A stretch of 64,000 nt of DNA from Takakia lepidozioides (lineage: Eukaryota > Plantae > Bryophyta): the NCBI GenBank assembly GCA_030704615.1, contig CM060733.1, positions 9,858,001-9,922,000 on the forward strand, in the 5' to 3' direction. This document shows, piece by piece, positions 48,290 through 62,252 of this stretch; within the stretch, counting starts at the first letter, position 1, and each line of letters opens with the position of its first letter. The notes below the pieces were generated by a model. That model saw only the letters and a program-made list of their open reading frames with translations, did not search any database and was not told the DNA's origin. A program made the translations under genes and the position numbers.

Positions 48290-49421
48290 TGTCCGAATTC
48301 GGCAAATAATCCCTTAATTGCTTTGTACAGTCTCATAGAGCCCACCCCCAAAAAGGGGCAGTAGCCGCAAGGTGAAGTGGCTCTTAGTTAGGCCGGCTTG
48401 GGCCTGAGTCTTCTCTCTCTCCCTCCTTTGTACAGGTAATCACTAATCACACTCTTGTTAGGTCAAAATTCAGTCATTTTCTGCCCCAAAAAGAACTCAA
48501 TTGAGCAGGTGCAAGCAATTAGCTTTTTGACTTCTAAGTACTCAGAAGAAGCATGAGTTGCTCCAGCTGGGCTGATTGATTGGTTTCAGTGAAGGGGTGT
48601 GGGAAGGGTGACTTGTGTGCACGTGCACATGCAACTAAGGTATATTTCACCATAGCCAAACAAGAACAGGAGAGATTCAAGGAGGAAGTAAGGGACCCAC
48701 AGGAGACTGTGTCCACGGTCCACGGCAGCTTTGAGGATTTGAGAATTTGCAGTTTTATGATTGGAAAGCATCAGGCATGGATCACTGGGATTTGCAATCG
48801 ATCCAGCGATGGTGGCACTGCAAATCTTGAGACACGTGCTTTTGTGGGGCCCAATGCCTGACACAAAACAATGAGGAAGAGAGGAGCACTTGAAAGAGAA
48901 GCGGCCATGGACAGGCCTCTAGAAGTCACCATGCTCTTTGGGATTCGCTTTTGGATTCTGGTTAAGAAAGGTCCACCGTCTCGTCAGTGTGTCTCCTGTG
49001 AGACCAACACATAGCTCCGCGTCGTGCCCTTTCATCAATCCCTCCTCTCGCCAATTCCCACTCAGCTGCATCTCCAGCCACCTTCATTTTAATTCCTCTC
49101 TCTCGGTATCTCGTGCTTACCGTCTTTGTTTCCCTACGGAGGTTGACGAGATAATCCGAAACCTCATGACGATAGACATAGCAGGGTAGAGCTGGCAATT
49201 GGAGACTTGGGTTCGGTGGGTAATGATTGATTGAGGGAGGGGCCGGTTCGTGAAGTTGTCCTCTGGGTGCTGATGAATGGAGGGAGGGGGATGACAGCAA
49301 CAGTGGCTCCAGAAAGCTATAAGGAGCTCGGATGGCTACTGTTGGAATTGCAGCTCAAAATTATGGCTGATTTCGGGAGCGAACCACAACTGTCTCTACA
49401 GAAGTTAGTGAAAAAGTCGCG

Positions 49422-52400
49422 ATGATGACGGCGTTGTACTGTTGGATCATCCTTCTATTGATTCTTTATTGGAGCTCGAAGACTGAGGCACAGTCGGGTG
49501 AGTTACCCTGTCCGCTCCCATGTCCAAGGGAGCGATATTATTGTTATGGATACTTGATCTTACTCAGCGAAAGGATTTGGATTGGCATGCTGTGAGGGAA
49601 TTTTTTCTCTTCTCCATCCCCCTTGATGCTCCTTTTCTATGCTCCTCATCTCTTAACTCCCCCTCTTTCTCTCTCTCTAGCACCGCCATGCCCAAAACGA
49701 TAGCTTCAATGGAGCGGCTTGAGTTGGGAGGGGTGGCCATAAATACCAATTATAGGAAGTTTAAGCCTCTGACCACCTGGTCTAAATTCAGCTCCAATGT
49801 CACGAACTGCGGAGGCTAAGAACAAGATGATGACAACATGGGAAGACCTTGTAGATTTCAACATCTAAAAGTGTTGCCTGGGAAAGCCTAAATAGCTGCA
49901 TTTGGCTGTTACAATCTTCCGGTGCATTGGAAGACTTTCAGGATTGTACTTCAGATTGAAAATTACAGAAGTTCTTTCTGGGAGCCATATTATTTTTTAC
50001 CAGTGCTTTCCAACTTTTGCCTATTGGGTTGACCACATCTGCAATGATATGGACTTCGAGAAGCTGGTTACTTGTTGATTGCCATATTCGGGGTGTTCAT
50101 AGACCTTTGAGTTCCCCAACCAACCAAGAGTTATACTCTTTGTTGTGCAAATCATCCTTTCCATGAGAAATTGGGTTCTTTGTTTATAATGGAGTCCGTC
50201 TAGGACATAATGAGGAGTTGATGGATTGTAGTTTCAATTAGACCGACTACTCTTGCAAGTCTCAAACTAAAGCGGGTTGTGGCTTGCTATTGTCTCCATA
50301 GCACCAATGAGACTTGTTCTCAAGAAGTATCAGGTTTCAAGTTTGAAATACTACCAGGATGGGAGATACAATTCCCAGGTGCTAAATACTGTGGCCAACA
50401 CTCTGGCAAACAGTGTTTCTTCAATCTTGCATTCTACGCAGGGAATCTGAGTGACTGATCTGTCCACATGTCAAATACAGGGTTTCTCAGTCTTGATTGT
50501 GGGGCCACCAAAAACTACACCGACCCAACCAACAATATTTCGTGGGTGCCTGACACCGACTACGTATTCAGTGGCAGTACTGTTTCACTCTCTATCAATA
50601 CAAGTAGCCTGCCTTTACGAAGCTTGCGCCAATTTTCAAATAACCTAACAAAAAATTGCTATGTTCTTCCAGCTGTAGTGAACGCCCGCTACCTTATTCG
50701 GGCCACATTTTTTTACGGTACTTATGACGGGGCCTTGACGAATCCTATATTTTCTATCGCCCTGGATGCCACCACATGGACAACAGTGACTATCACCAAT
50801 GCAACATTTCCTTATTTTGAAGAGATTATTGCATTTGCCCAGAGCACCAGCTTCTCTGTTTGTCTCCTGGATACGGGTCAGGGTACTCCTTTTATCTCCT
50901 CCTTGGAATTACGGCCCCTCACAGGAGCAATTTATGGACGTCCCTATCTGAATGTAGCCTACTTATCAAACAAAATGCGAGTAAACTACGGGGCATCATC
51001 GGCAGCTGCTGTGAGGTATTTTTCTTGTGCACATTGTACTCTGTTTAGGAAAATGTAGGTGAAGATTTTCCTGGGACAGAGAGTCATGTCAGCCCATTTC
51101 ACTAGCTGCGTATAGAGAGGGATTGGTGTGTCAGCTTCTGTTTACTGTGGGGACAAGGAATTTACCAGTATAGGTCTTGATTGTGGAGCTGAATCTGAGA
51201 AGAAATGACATGGTACTTTATAGACAGAAAGGGACTTTATATTGTCCCTCAACAAGCAGAACGAAAGAACTTTTGCCCCAGACAAATTTTCTCATCCAAA
51301 AGAAGAAATGAAACGAAATGAAATGATACTTTATAACCTCCCCCGAAAGCTCAAAGACCTTATGGAACAAGAGAAAGCATGACACAAGAAAGAGAGAGGT
51401 GCCTCCAGCCTGAAAACAACTTCTGTTCAAGGGACTGTCTAAGAGTCAATGCCTCATGCAGATATGCTGCAAAGCATTTCTGATCCTCATAGTGGAACAC
51501 CCTCTGTGAGAGCTTGGCTACCTTGGAATAGACGATAGTCAAAAAAAAGGAAGAAAGAACTTTAATTATGTTTGCAAGTGACAAAATTAGAACAACTACC
51601 AATCAAATGAATTGGTACTTAATAAGAAAAGACAATATACAGAATGAAAGAAAGAAGCAAATATTATAGAGTAAAGGAGCTTGATAATGGTCATGGGAAG
51701 GTCAAAGACCTTCTGTGATAAGGAAAAATAGAGAAAATGACTGAAAAGTGAGGCCCCAAAGACAGCCACCACAACCATAAAACTACAAATCCACTTCAAA
51801 AGATTCTCGAGGTGGAGAACCTTCTGTAGATTGCTGCAGGCATCTCTGACCTCATAAGGGATACCTCTCAGGCACTGACTGTCTATTAAATAGGCAAAGG
51901 TACCGGGCCCAGCTTTTGTAGGAGAGAGCATCATGAAAGAAGAACGTCAGTCTCAATGTCCAGCCTGTTTAGGGAAAGTAGGAACAATCCCATCTGCAAG
52001 TCTTGCTCCTCAGGCTGTTTGAGCGCACCCTGACTTGTACCACTCCCTGGAAAAGAGAGGGAGAGAGTTGTGCAAACAAGTAATGGCGCTGTAAGATTCT
52101 ATCCTTTCAGAGGCTGAGGAACATGTCTTGATAGAACTGTACGTGATATGTGTCACTGATCTCCAGGTCCACTGACATGGAGTAGATCAGCTCTTTACGA
52201 GTGAGTCTGTTCCTATTTTGTGTGGAAAAGATTTCCAGATACCCAGGGTTTTGAGGCAGTGTCTTTTGGAGAAGGTGAAAGTGTGTCGATACAACATGTC
52301 CTTGAGCCACAGAGAGAGTTGAAGGGGAGTGATGTATTCATTGAAGGCATCACGCATCCTTGGAGGTGCAGATTCTGCTGGATATCGAAATCTCCCTAAG

Positions 52401-55400
52401 CTCTTTGTGGGCTTTTACCCACCAGCACATGAAACAAAGTGATAGGTAAAGTTTTGTTTCTGCGCAGCCGATGACAATTGGTTCAGTTGGTTGATGGTGT
52501 TGGAGGTGTCAAGGCTATAGCCCTTGCACGACACTCTGAGAACAGTACGGGATGGGTAGCTCAGTGGTGGCACCCCCCACTGGAATGGGGGAGGTCCTAG
52601 GTTCAATCCCTAGGCCGACCACACTACAGAGGTTTTCCAACAGGTGGTTTATCTGAAGGTTGGCATTGTGCCGTACTAGTTATTATGGCCATTGTTGAGG
52701 TTAGCAATGCTACTTTAGCCTTCACCTAACCCAGATGTGCACATATGACCATGATTGCACTGCAGTCACACTGCAGGGATTCATGAGAGAGTGAAAATAA
52801 GCTTTACACATCCAGTAAGAAAGAGAAATGAAATGAAATGGTACGTTAAGACGTTCACGGGAAACTCAGAAAGAAAGAAAGAACTTCATATGTGCAGGGA
52901 GGTGCACAGGGCCCAAAAGACACCCAGAAAGAAAAAGAAAGACAGAAATTTGTATAGCGTGCCTGGGAGAAGAAATTGGAATTTATATTCATGGGAGGCC
53001 CAGGAAGTGGTTTACCGATTGTTGTGCTGGTATGGCCCCAACACTAGGTACCCAGATGACCCAGTCGATCGCATTTGGGTATCAGACCAAGCAACTTCTG
53101 CACAAGGAGGTGATCTACAGAACCTGGCTCAGGGGACCATCAGCATTAGCACTACACACTCCATTGACATCAGCCAGGCAGATGACCAACCCCCAGAAGC
53201 AGTGATGCAGACGGCGGTTGAGGGAACCGAAGGACAGCTCTCCTACCGTTACACTTTGGATGGATTTCCTAGTCAAGCGTATGCTGTCACCTACTTTGCT
53301 GAGATCCAGCAGCTGAAATCTACGGACATTCGATCCTTCACATTCAATATTAATACTAATGACCCCACTTTTGTTGGTCAACCTCTCAATGTTCAAAATG
53401 ACGCAGGCGGGGCTTTCATAGCTTTTGAGCCTAAATACAATAATGTTACCCTCCCTCACTTTGTCATATATTCTTTAAACAAGGACTCAAGTTCAACTCT
53501 TAATCCTACTATGAATGCACAGGAGGTTTACGAAATTGTGCCCAAGGTTACATCTACTTCCACTCAGGATGGTAAGTCTGGTGTATTTCACAGAACCACT
53601 TACTGTACCTGATGTTTGCTTCAAAATTGATCTCCTAACCTTTTATCTTAGCGTCAGGCCACACATGTACTTTGATTTGGAGACTTGCAAGAGCTACAAA
53701 AAAATGAATCGGATGATGGGTGTTGTAGAATATGTACTCATTAAATGTGGCTAGTTCATTGCAGTGTCCATGCTCACATCCAAGTTTGCTGGCCAGCTTC
53801 CGCCAGGGGAGTCGAAAGGTGACCCATGCCTACCTGCTTCCTGGGATTGGGTGACCTGCAACGCTGCATCGCCCCCAAGAGTCACTAGCATGTACTGACT
53901 CAGCCCTTCAGGACTCTGTGCTTGCCACAGTCATGCCATTTTCCAGATCAAAACTCAAGTGCCAGGAAATTTTAGAAGATCCAAATAAATATGCACCATG
54001 CCATAAAACACATTGGTATCTGCTTATGAGTGTGATGGTTGATCTATGCACCTTATCCAGTGTTGATGGTGGGCATGTCAGACTCTTGTCAGGCAGGAAC
54101 ATCACTGGCTCCATTCCGTACGAGCTTTCCAGTATGACTGGCTTGCAAAGCATGTATGTTTTTTCACCTGACCTGCCAACACATAGCCAGACTGGTGCTT
54201 TGATGAGCTATTGTACCTGGGTGGATGGGTGCAAGGTATTTCCGCTTGTGCGATACAAAAGCATCAGACCTCTGACTACAGTGTGCCTTTGTCCTGAAGA
54301 GAGCCTCAGCATCTCATGGCCTTCCAGACTAGATAAGCCTGTCTTTCTTGCTCTTTATTGTCTTCTTAGTACCCAGGGAAGTGCTGTTTGGGTCTGGGGA
54401 TGTGCCTCTGTATCCATCAGAAAGGAGTTTCCTCTGTGTCTGCCTTTTAATCACTTACAACAGTGGTGTGGTTGGGTTGCAGCTCGCTCGACTCGAATGA
54501 TTTGACAGGATCCATACCAGATCTAAGTCCACTCACCAACTTGCAAATATTGTGAGTATGCTCTTAGCTCTTGATAAAAGAGATCTGATTGTTTGTGATG
54601 ATAGACTGGAAGTGTCAAGGCTAAAAGACCCCTCTTCTCCTCTTTTCGATCCCTGTGCATGTAGTGCTGGGAGCCCTGTGAGTTAGTTACTGCCAGTGCA
54701 ACAACACCTCACATATCACATTTGCTGCACGACAGAGCAGCTGTGCCGGAATAAGCCTCATTGTTTGCAATATGATGGCAATGCCAGACTGTTCATAATA
54801 TATAATATCCCACAATCAGATTGCTCTCAGTTGTGCACAAGCGCTATGGATTGGTCAGGTCGAGTCTAAGATACTCTTGTGCGCTGAAACCTGAAACCAG
54901 CTCTGACACGGTTATCATCCTGTGGGGACGATCTGCTCCAATACCTGAGGACGAAGGTTTTCAGGGGACGTGCTCAAGGATTTCAGTCCCTCCATGGTCT
55001 TTCCAAATAGTTGTTTTCCTTTCTTGTGTGGCAGGCATCTTCAGGATAATCATTTGAGTGGGCAGTTTCCACAATGGCTTGCAAACCTCCCTAACCTGGC
55101 AGAATTGTAAGCTGACATTCCTCTTGGCTTTTGTACCTTAGCTGTACCTATGACTTCAAACTTCTTGAAGTTCTCAGCTGTTGATGGCATAGGTCATTCA
55201 TTACTTCATCAAAGACTTCAAGAGAGACTCTCACAGGGTTTGGGGTGGTATATGCCATACATATGATGAACAGCAAGACGGCGGAGTCTAAGAGTCATGG
55301 AGTTGAGAGATAGACATGTTATACACTATCGTGTCATTCAAATCACTAAACTGAGTGGCAACGATGGCAGCTTTTTCAGAGTTTTGTTCAGGCTTGTACA

Positions 55401-58400
55401 ATTGATAGGAAACTCACCTATGCTATGTGGACATGGTGTGAGCAGATGGGTTGAAAACAATCAACTGGATGGAAAAGTCCCACAAAGTCTGCTTAATAAG
55501 CCCGGTTTGAGTTTCAAGTGAGTCTTTTGTCTTTTCATGCCACTGTATATTTTGAGAACAAACTCTCAGCTGTATTGATTCTAGAACAGAGCTTAAGTGC
55601 AATTAATTTTATGGCAACAACTTAAGAATCAATTGCTGTTTTATCAGGTATTCAGGGAATCCCAATCTTTGCTCAAACTCAAGCTGTTATAGATCATCGG
55701 ACATCAATGTTGCTGCTGTAGCAGGCGGCGCAGCAGGCAGTGCCTTTGTATTCCTTATTGGGGCCGCAGCTCTTGGCTGTTTCTTCTGGCGAAAGAGGAG
55801 ATCACCACAAGGAGGAAGGACAAAATTCAGTAGGTGACTCGAACCATCTGTGGACATAGTTACAAAAATCCTTTTCTTTCCTTCTTCCTGTGAAATGGTT
55901 ACCCTGTGGACATTCTTAATTTTCATTTCTTCTTATTTCTTGTGTGCCCGGGGCCCGTTGGGCCTCCCCTGGATGGACTAGACTCCAAGTGCCTGGCAGC
56001 CTACTGGCATGACACAGTTCATCTTTGGGCATCATTTGATACTTTCTGAGTGGTCTCTTCTGGTTTACCTACTAGCAGGTCCTTCGCGCCCCACACGGAC
56101 ATTATTAAGTTTCTCTCTCTTGTTTTCTTTCTTTTTCCCTTCACTCTTTAGAGTTTGTCCTGTGGCCACTGAAACTCTGGTGGACGTACTAAGCTTTCTG
56201 GGGGATACCAACCCATCCAGGAATGGTGATGGGGGTGTAAGAGTTAAATGCAGTTAGCCATAACCTTCATGTATATGCAACAGCAGTCCAGTTACAGGGT
56301 TGGTTGGGGTTTGATTTAGCAGCTGACTGTACTACCATGATACAAAGCTTAATGGAGAGGAGGCTGTACAAGGACAAATAGGAGGTCGTACCGCATTTCC
56401 AATACAAATTGAGTTGTAGAGCTCTGAAAAACTATATTAAGTTCTTGGGTAACAATGCCCGGACACTGGGTGCCTTGTATAGGTATGCTGCTATGTGCTA
56501 TGCATGTCTGGTCTTCATAGCTGAAGGTCTCTGACAAGGATGACCATTCCTTAAAAAGATGAAATGGTACTTTATAACGTCCCTGGAAAGCTCAAAGAGC
56601 TTATGGGACAAAATGGGAAAAACCAAGAGAGAGGAGACAAAACCAAAGCCAAAAAGCAGCCCAAAAGCAACTACTGCTCAAAGGATTGCCCAAGGGTCAA
56701 GGCCTTGTGCAGGTAAGCTGCCAAGCATTTCTGATCCTCATAAATAATTATGCAGTAGCATCTAGGTATCTAGCATCTAGCATCTAGGTTGTGGCATCTA
56801 CCAGTTTCTTAACTCCATGCTTGATAGGTCAGACATGTAGCTTTACCTTTTTCCCTTCACAGCAAAGTATGTACTCATAAGACGTTCCGGAGCTTTGTGG
56901 CCATAGATACCATGCCTAGTTTGGGCAGAACAAAAGGTAACAGACACTACCTTTGTGAGGGGCTAACTCCAGTAGTGGGACGACCGTGAAATAACAATTT
57001 GTTCAGGGTTTCCAGATTTCCTCAAGAAAACCCTTCACACGAGCATCAATATGCTGCTTGTGATTTGCCCAGCAGTTAGATCCCAACTGGGCCAGGGCTT
57101 TAAGCTCAGATTCGAGATTTTGAAAGTTGGTGAACAGAGGTGCAGGGATTCCTTACCATGAAAGAGTAAATCAAACAGATTAGAAGAAATATTTTCATCA
57201 AATTAAACATACATATATTGGCTATTCATATAAGCACAAGAGCCAGTGTGGCCTTTGCAATATACATGGCAGAAAGGAGTAGGGCAACCATACATTCCAT
57301 GTGCTGCCTATGAACTTTGATAATGATGCTCAACTCAGCCATTGTACCGCCCAGGACCAATAGGAGAGCTCTCTCTACTTTTCTCCTTGCAGTAGTCCAA
57401 ATAACAAGGACTTTCATACACAGAAGTTCATGACAAAAGTAAGGAGTTGATAACTTTTCGAAATACCAAGCAATAGACCTCTTATGTTCAGATGTGATGC
57501 AATGCAGATTCATTTCAAGGGTCCGCCTCATTGTCTGACCCAGCCGGGAGGACATCACTGGATGAAAGACAGCCACTGCCTGGTGTGCCATTGGCTGACC
57601 AGGCCCGGTACTTCCAGCTAGCTGAACTAAGAGAGGCTACAAAGAACTTCAGTCAAAAAATTGGGGAGGGAGGTTTTGGCCCAGTGTTCTATGGCAAGAC
57701 AAAAGATGGACATGAAGTAGCTGTGAAGATGTTGGCAAGGGATTCCCATCAAGGAGCACGAGAGTTTTTCAATGAGGTGAGTGACAAAACGCTCGCCCAT
57801 TGCACCCTTTTCTAATTTGATTAAATGATAGAGCCCATATAATATATGCTCTGCAACCATCATTCGTATCTGCATTGTCCCAAAAATAAGCGCACAAATG
57901 GGCAATGAAAGCTCTAAATTTGAGGATAGAGTCATAGTCCAATTTGGTCCTTTTATTTGTACTTTGTGTAAATCAAGATTTTCTGCTCTGCTTGCTGATG
58001 GTAGGTGAGTTTGCTTTCGAGAGTGCATCATCGCAATTTGGTGGCACTCATTGGCTACTGCCATGATGTGAAGGAGCAAATGTTGGTTTACGAATACATG
58101 TCAAAGGGAAGCTTACATGATCACCTCCATGGTACGCCATATCAATCAGTTTCACATCCAGTCCCTTGTCTATCTTCCAATTGTCTGGCCATTGAAAGGG
58201 TGGTGGCTTGCAAATGGCAAGCTACAAAAGGTCCTCCTGGGACTGGTGTATGGCTGAAGTGCCAAATTAGTTTCGGGAGGCCTCTTTGCAAATTTGGGCA
58301 TATCTCACTCAAACTCACTCAAAGTGAGTGAATGAGGATGGTACAAGCCCATGAGAACATGCTCCACATTCTGCAAATCTGAACTACCTAAAAAAAAGGC

Positions 58401-61400
58401 ACGATCTAATTTTGTTAGGGTGCTGAAGTGCCATTTCTTAGTTTCGGGAGGCTTCTTTGCAAATTTGGGCATATCTCGCTCATAACTGACTCAATTTGAG
58501 TGAGTGATGATGCTACATACATGCTCATGAGAACATCCCCCGCATTTGGCAAATCTCCGTTACACGAAAAAAATCATGCTCTAGATTTCTTAGGGTGGCT
58601 GAAGTGACATTTCTTAGTTTTGGGAGGCCTCTTTGCAAATCTGGGCATATCTCAATCATAATTCACTCAAATAACTACTGAATTGGTCTCCTTTATTGAG
58701 GATATCTTGATAGGTAAGGAGAGAGGCAGAATGTACTCATAAAACGTTGTTTGCTGTAGCCTTGTGGCCATTTACCCGGCGCCCAGTTTGAGCGGAACAC
58801 AGAGGGACAGAAACTACCTTTGTCAGGGGCTGACGCCTGTAGTATGACTTACCTTGAAATAGACAATTGATCCAAGTTTTCCAAATATCCTCTGGAAATC
58901 CCCTCACACAAACATCAATCTGTTGTGTGTGATTTGCCCAATAACTAGACCCCAAAAGGGCCTGGGCTTTTGGCTCAGCCTCGAGATTTTCAAAGCTGGT
59001 AAACAGAGGGTCCGGAACAATTCCCTTGATGGATTTGAAGAGGAGAGAGAGAGGGAGATTAGTGGAAGGGAAGGATTCACCCTTTACTAAGTCTTATGGT
59101 GTCACTTCACCCCGAAGGGCTACTACCTTCCATTTGGAAGGTGAACACCTGACGGCCGTAACCGCATTGCCCTATACATCCCTATAAGGCACCTTTAAGT
59201 AGTCCCTAATCACCTTGGAAGTGGCAGGTGCATCTTCCTTCAGGAGGTGATAGTGTTGGTTCAAAGAACCTTCGCATATTCTAGAACATTCATAGAAAAA
59301 CCCTAATAAGGGCACAAGCTGCCCTCTAACTCCCAAAATCTGCTGTAGAGCGGACTACAGAATTTCTTTTTGGTGCTAGGGTATGCTCATGATGAGAATA
59401 GTGGAGTTGTCTCTTTTGTGCAGAGCTGACTGCAAAGATGGAACCACTGGACTGGATCACCCGCCTCAAACTTGCCCTTCAGGCTGCCAAAGGTACCCCC
59501 TTGGATATCACCTTTATTGACTTCAAATTGTATTCATGGGTGACTTAACAATACATGGAATCGTAGCTTTGTCTTGGCCATCCCAGGAGTGCAAACATAG
59601 CACGTTGATATAGTTTTTTGCAACCGTAGTAAACTGAAGAGCTACATTTGAACATCATTCAGACAGCATCCAGTGGGTAAAAGTCAGTCAGCTGTCATTA
59701 CATGTACATGGGGCATCACTTGCACAGACTCCTCTAAGAATAGGATTTACATCACATTATTACATGTTTGTGACTCAGTAGGTCACTAAGTTTGGCTGGG
59801 CCGGAATGGCCGGAAGCCAGTTTTGATATGGAGTGCTTTATGTCTGAGTCTACCAAAGAGAGAGAGAACTCAATTTATGACCCCTTTGCCAGGACTGGAG
59901 TATTTGCACAAGGGATGCAATCCCAGCATCATACATAGGGATGTCAAAAGCAAGAACATTCTTCTCAATGACAAGATGGTGGCCAAAGTGGCTGACTTTG
60001 GGCTCTCCAAATGGACCTCTGATGAGGTCTCCTACATCTCCAGCACTATTCAGGGCACTGTTGGTTACCTTGACCCAGAGTATGAGATTTCTGACCTCTC
60101 CTTACTTTAGCATGACCCCTGGTACATCAATGAAATTGTTGATCCCTCAATGTTGGTGCAAAAGTGCTGAACGGTGTATAATCATAAATTTTCTTTCAAA
60201 GGATGTAAGAGAAAACAAGGTTTCACCACAACGGTGTCACTTTGAATTTTTGGCTTATATGGCTCTTACTAAATTGGAAATCTTTGTGTACAATGAGAAA
60301 AGCAGTTATTGTGCTTGAAGTTCTGCTATATGATAATAACTAGCTTTGGTGGGTGAGTGTCTCCATAACTCTTTTCGAGATCTTGCCCATTTCTTCTATT
60401 CCCTGTCAGCTTCCCTGCCATAGTCCCAGAAGTGACGGAGCCTAAGGATGGTACATTAGTAGATCTGAGTTTTTGATCTTTTTGCCGGATAGGTATTATC
60501 AGTCACAACAACTTACGATGAAGAGCGACGTCTACAGCTTCGGTGTAGTGCTTTTAGAGATGCTTTCAGGACGCGAGGCACTTTCCCCAAAAGGCAATCC
60601 TTCAGACTTCAGCTTAGTCAATTGGGTGAGTCATTCATCTTTTGTGTCTTGGTTTGTTTATGGTATTCATCATGGATGATGTTCTGGGATGATATTCTCT
60701 TATAGTGTAGACCTTAGGATACAAATCATCTAGCGCCACTCGTGCAGGTTCTCACTTCTCGCCCATCAGGTATGAACAACCAGCACAACAGTCCAGTGTG
60801 GAACCAGTAGTGTAAATAACAGTTTAGTATTGTGCTCAGGCACACTAATGGAGCTTGTCATACATGCAATATGCACTTGACGGTTCATTTTGGCATAACC
60901 AATACAACATGGTTGTGGAATGGTTCAGTGTAACATCCAAAGCCAGCACATAGGGCATATGGGACAGAATGTACTCAGAAGACATTGTTTGCCATAGTGG
61001 AACATAAAGGGACAGAAACTACCTTTGTCAGGGACTGACGCTGGTAGTACGACTTAACCTTGGAACAGACAATTGATCCGAGTTTTCCAGATATCCTCTA
61101 GAAATCCCTTTACACAAGAGTGTGACCTTGGGACTTTATTCCTCATTGATGGGTTTACTAACGTAGTCTCAAATGGAAGTTCCAAACGAATGACCACTTG
61201 TGCATCACCCAGGAAAGAATATCTCCCCGCTCAGCACAGACTGTTACTATAGCAGTCATAATGAAGTATAAAGCCACGTAGGCTGCGGCTGAGGCCACCG
61301 TCTGCAGAAGCCGGGAGAGTCCCAAGAACCCGTGGTGGATGTTGATGGCTCCGTTGACATTCTGGTTCCATTTCGTCCGAAAACACTGTGTGTTGGAACA

Positions 61401-62252
61401 GTCCGACTGTGTTTTGGAACACAGTCAGGCACCATGACACCCCCTGTTATGGGGGAATCAACACTGGGGCATGCCCTCATTCTGTTGCTGCAAGTGCAGT
61501 ACAGTTGGCTCATACTGAACATGTCCACCATCTGGCCGGCTTCTCCCGGATCTACTTCTCCAATGCAACTTGGAGGTGGGTATGGCCTCCGTCCTGGGCT
61601 GTTATGTACCAAGGATGCGTCCCTGAAGACATAAGTAGAAATTGATGGAGTTTGATATGGCTGATTTTATATTCACCTATCTTGACAGATGTGACTGAGA
61701 GAATACATGGGTCAAACGTTGCAATTTGTCTATGTGATGAGGTCATGCTCATTGATACCAGTCTTAGATCAAAATGTTATGATTGAGTATTGAGTTTGTG
61801 GGATTTTTCCAAGCTTACGACAATGTAGTCTTTGCAATTTATTTGGAAACAACATCTACATGTCCTTATTGTCGGATGTTGTTTTCAAACAGGCGAGATC
61901 ACACTTGCAAAAGGGAGACCTCGAAGCAATTGTCGACCCAACATTAGACACAAGTTACAATGTAGAAGCCATGTGGAAGTTTGCAGAGCTTGCGATCTTG
62001 AGCGTGGAGCCACTTTCCTATCACCGGCCTGACATCAGTGAAGTTGCCAAAGAGATCAGTGAGGCGATTCAGCTTGAGACCAGTCGACGCTCAATCCATA
62101 GTGAACAACATAGTAGGGCCCCAAGTCTTTCCAGCCCAACTCCCCGAGGGCTAGATCCTTCTTCCTTGGTTGATGCCGATACCCCTCTTCCCCTTGATTC
62201 ATCCGATCTTAGCAGAACGTTTGAGTCATTTGTGAGGCCGTCAGCAAGATGA
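49422..62252 (+). CDS. Malectin-like domain LRR receptor-like Ser/Thr kinase (LRR-I type). Approximate exons 49422-49497, 50481-51015, 53048-53571, 53765-53891, 54082-54153, 54483-54551, 55035-55106, 55446-55517, 55648-55828, 57520-57776, 58004-58131, 59424-59492, 59892-60078, 60492-60624, 61892-62252
   Basis: Signal peptide [24 protein letters not shown]; [49 protein letters not shown] (malectin-like); GDPCLP..WVTC; short single-LRR exons; TM; complete kinase motifs. Confidence 0.93.
51300..52400 (-). mobile_element. Probable LINE-like remnant in RLK intron 2, (TTTCA)n-tailed family
   Basis: gaaatgaaacgaaatgaaatgatactttataac matches the inverted terminus at 11505-11537; internal homology to 12570-12655 and ~56700-56740. 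Confidence 0.45.
52549..52625 (+). other. tRNA-like head: second SINE family or tRNA pseudogene
   Basis: A box TAGCTCAGTGG; stem ccccca...tggggg; T-arm ctagGTTCAATccctag; acceptor stem poor. Confidence 0.5.
58252..58672 (+). repeat. ~170-176-bp tandem repeat (~2.4 units) in an RLK intron
   Basis: gctgaagtg..ttagtttcgggaggc..tttgcaaatttgggcatatctc at ~58252, ~58421 and ~58597. Confidence 0.85.
59085..59150 (-). mobile_element. SINE family 1 fragment
   Basis: ttatggtgtcacttcacc..ggctactaccttcc..gaaggtgaacacc matches the SINE body. Confidence 0.6.

Noticed and set aside
48580-48864. Overlapping 92-93-aa ORFs upstream of the RLK
   Set aside because: No motif, splice support or homology visible
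52549-52625. Functional tRNA gene
   Set aside because: Acceptor stem and anticodon-loop geometry are non-canonical
61190-61650. Overlapping ORFs in the last RLK intron
   Set aside because: Looks like inserted sequence but no domain is recognisable; cannot be classified
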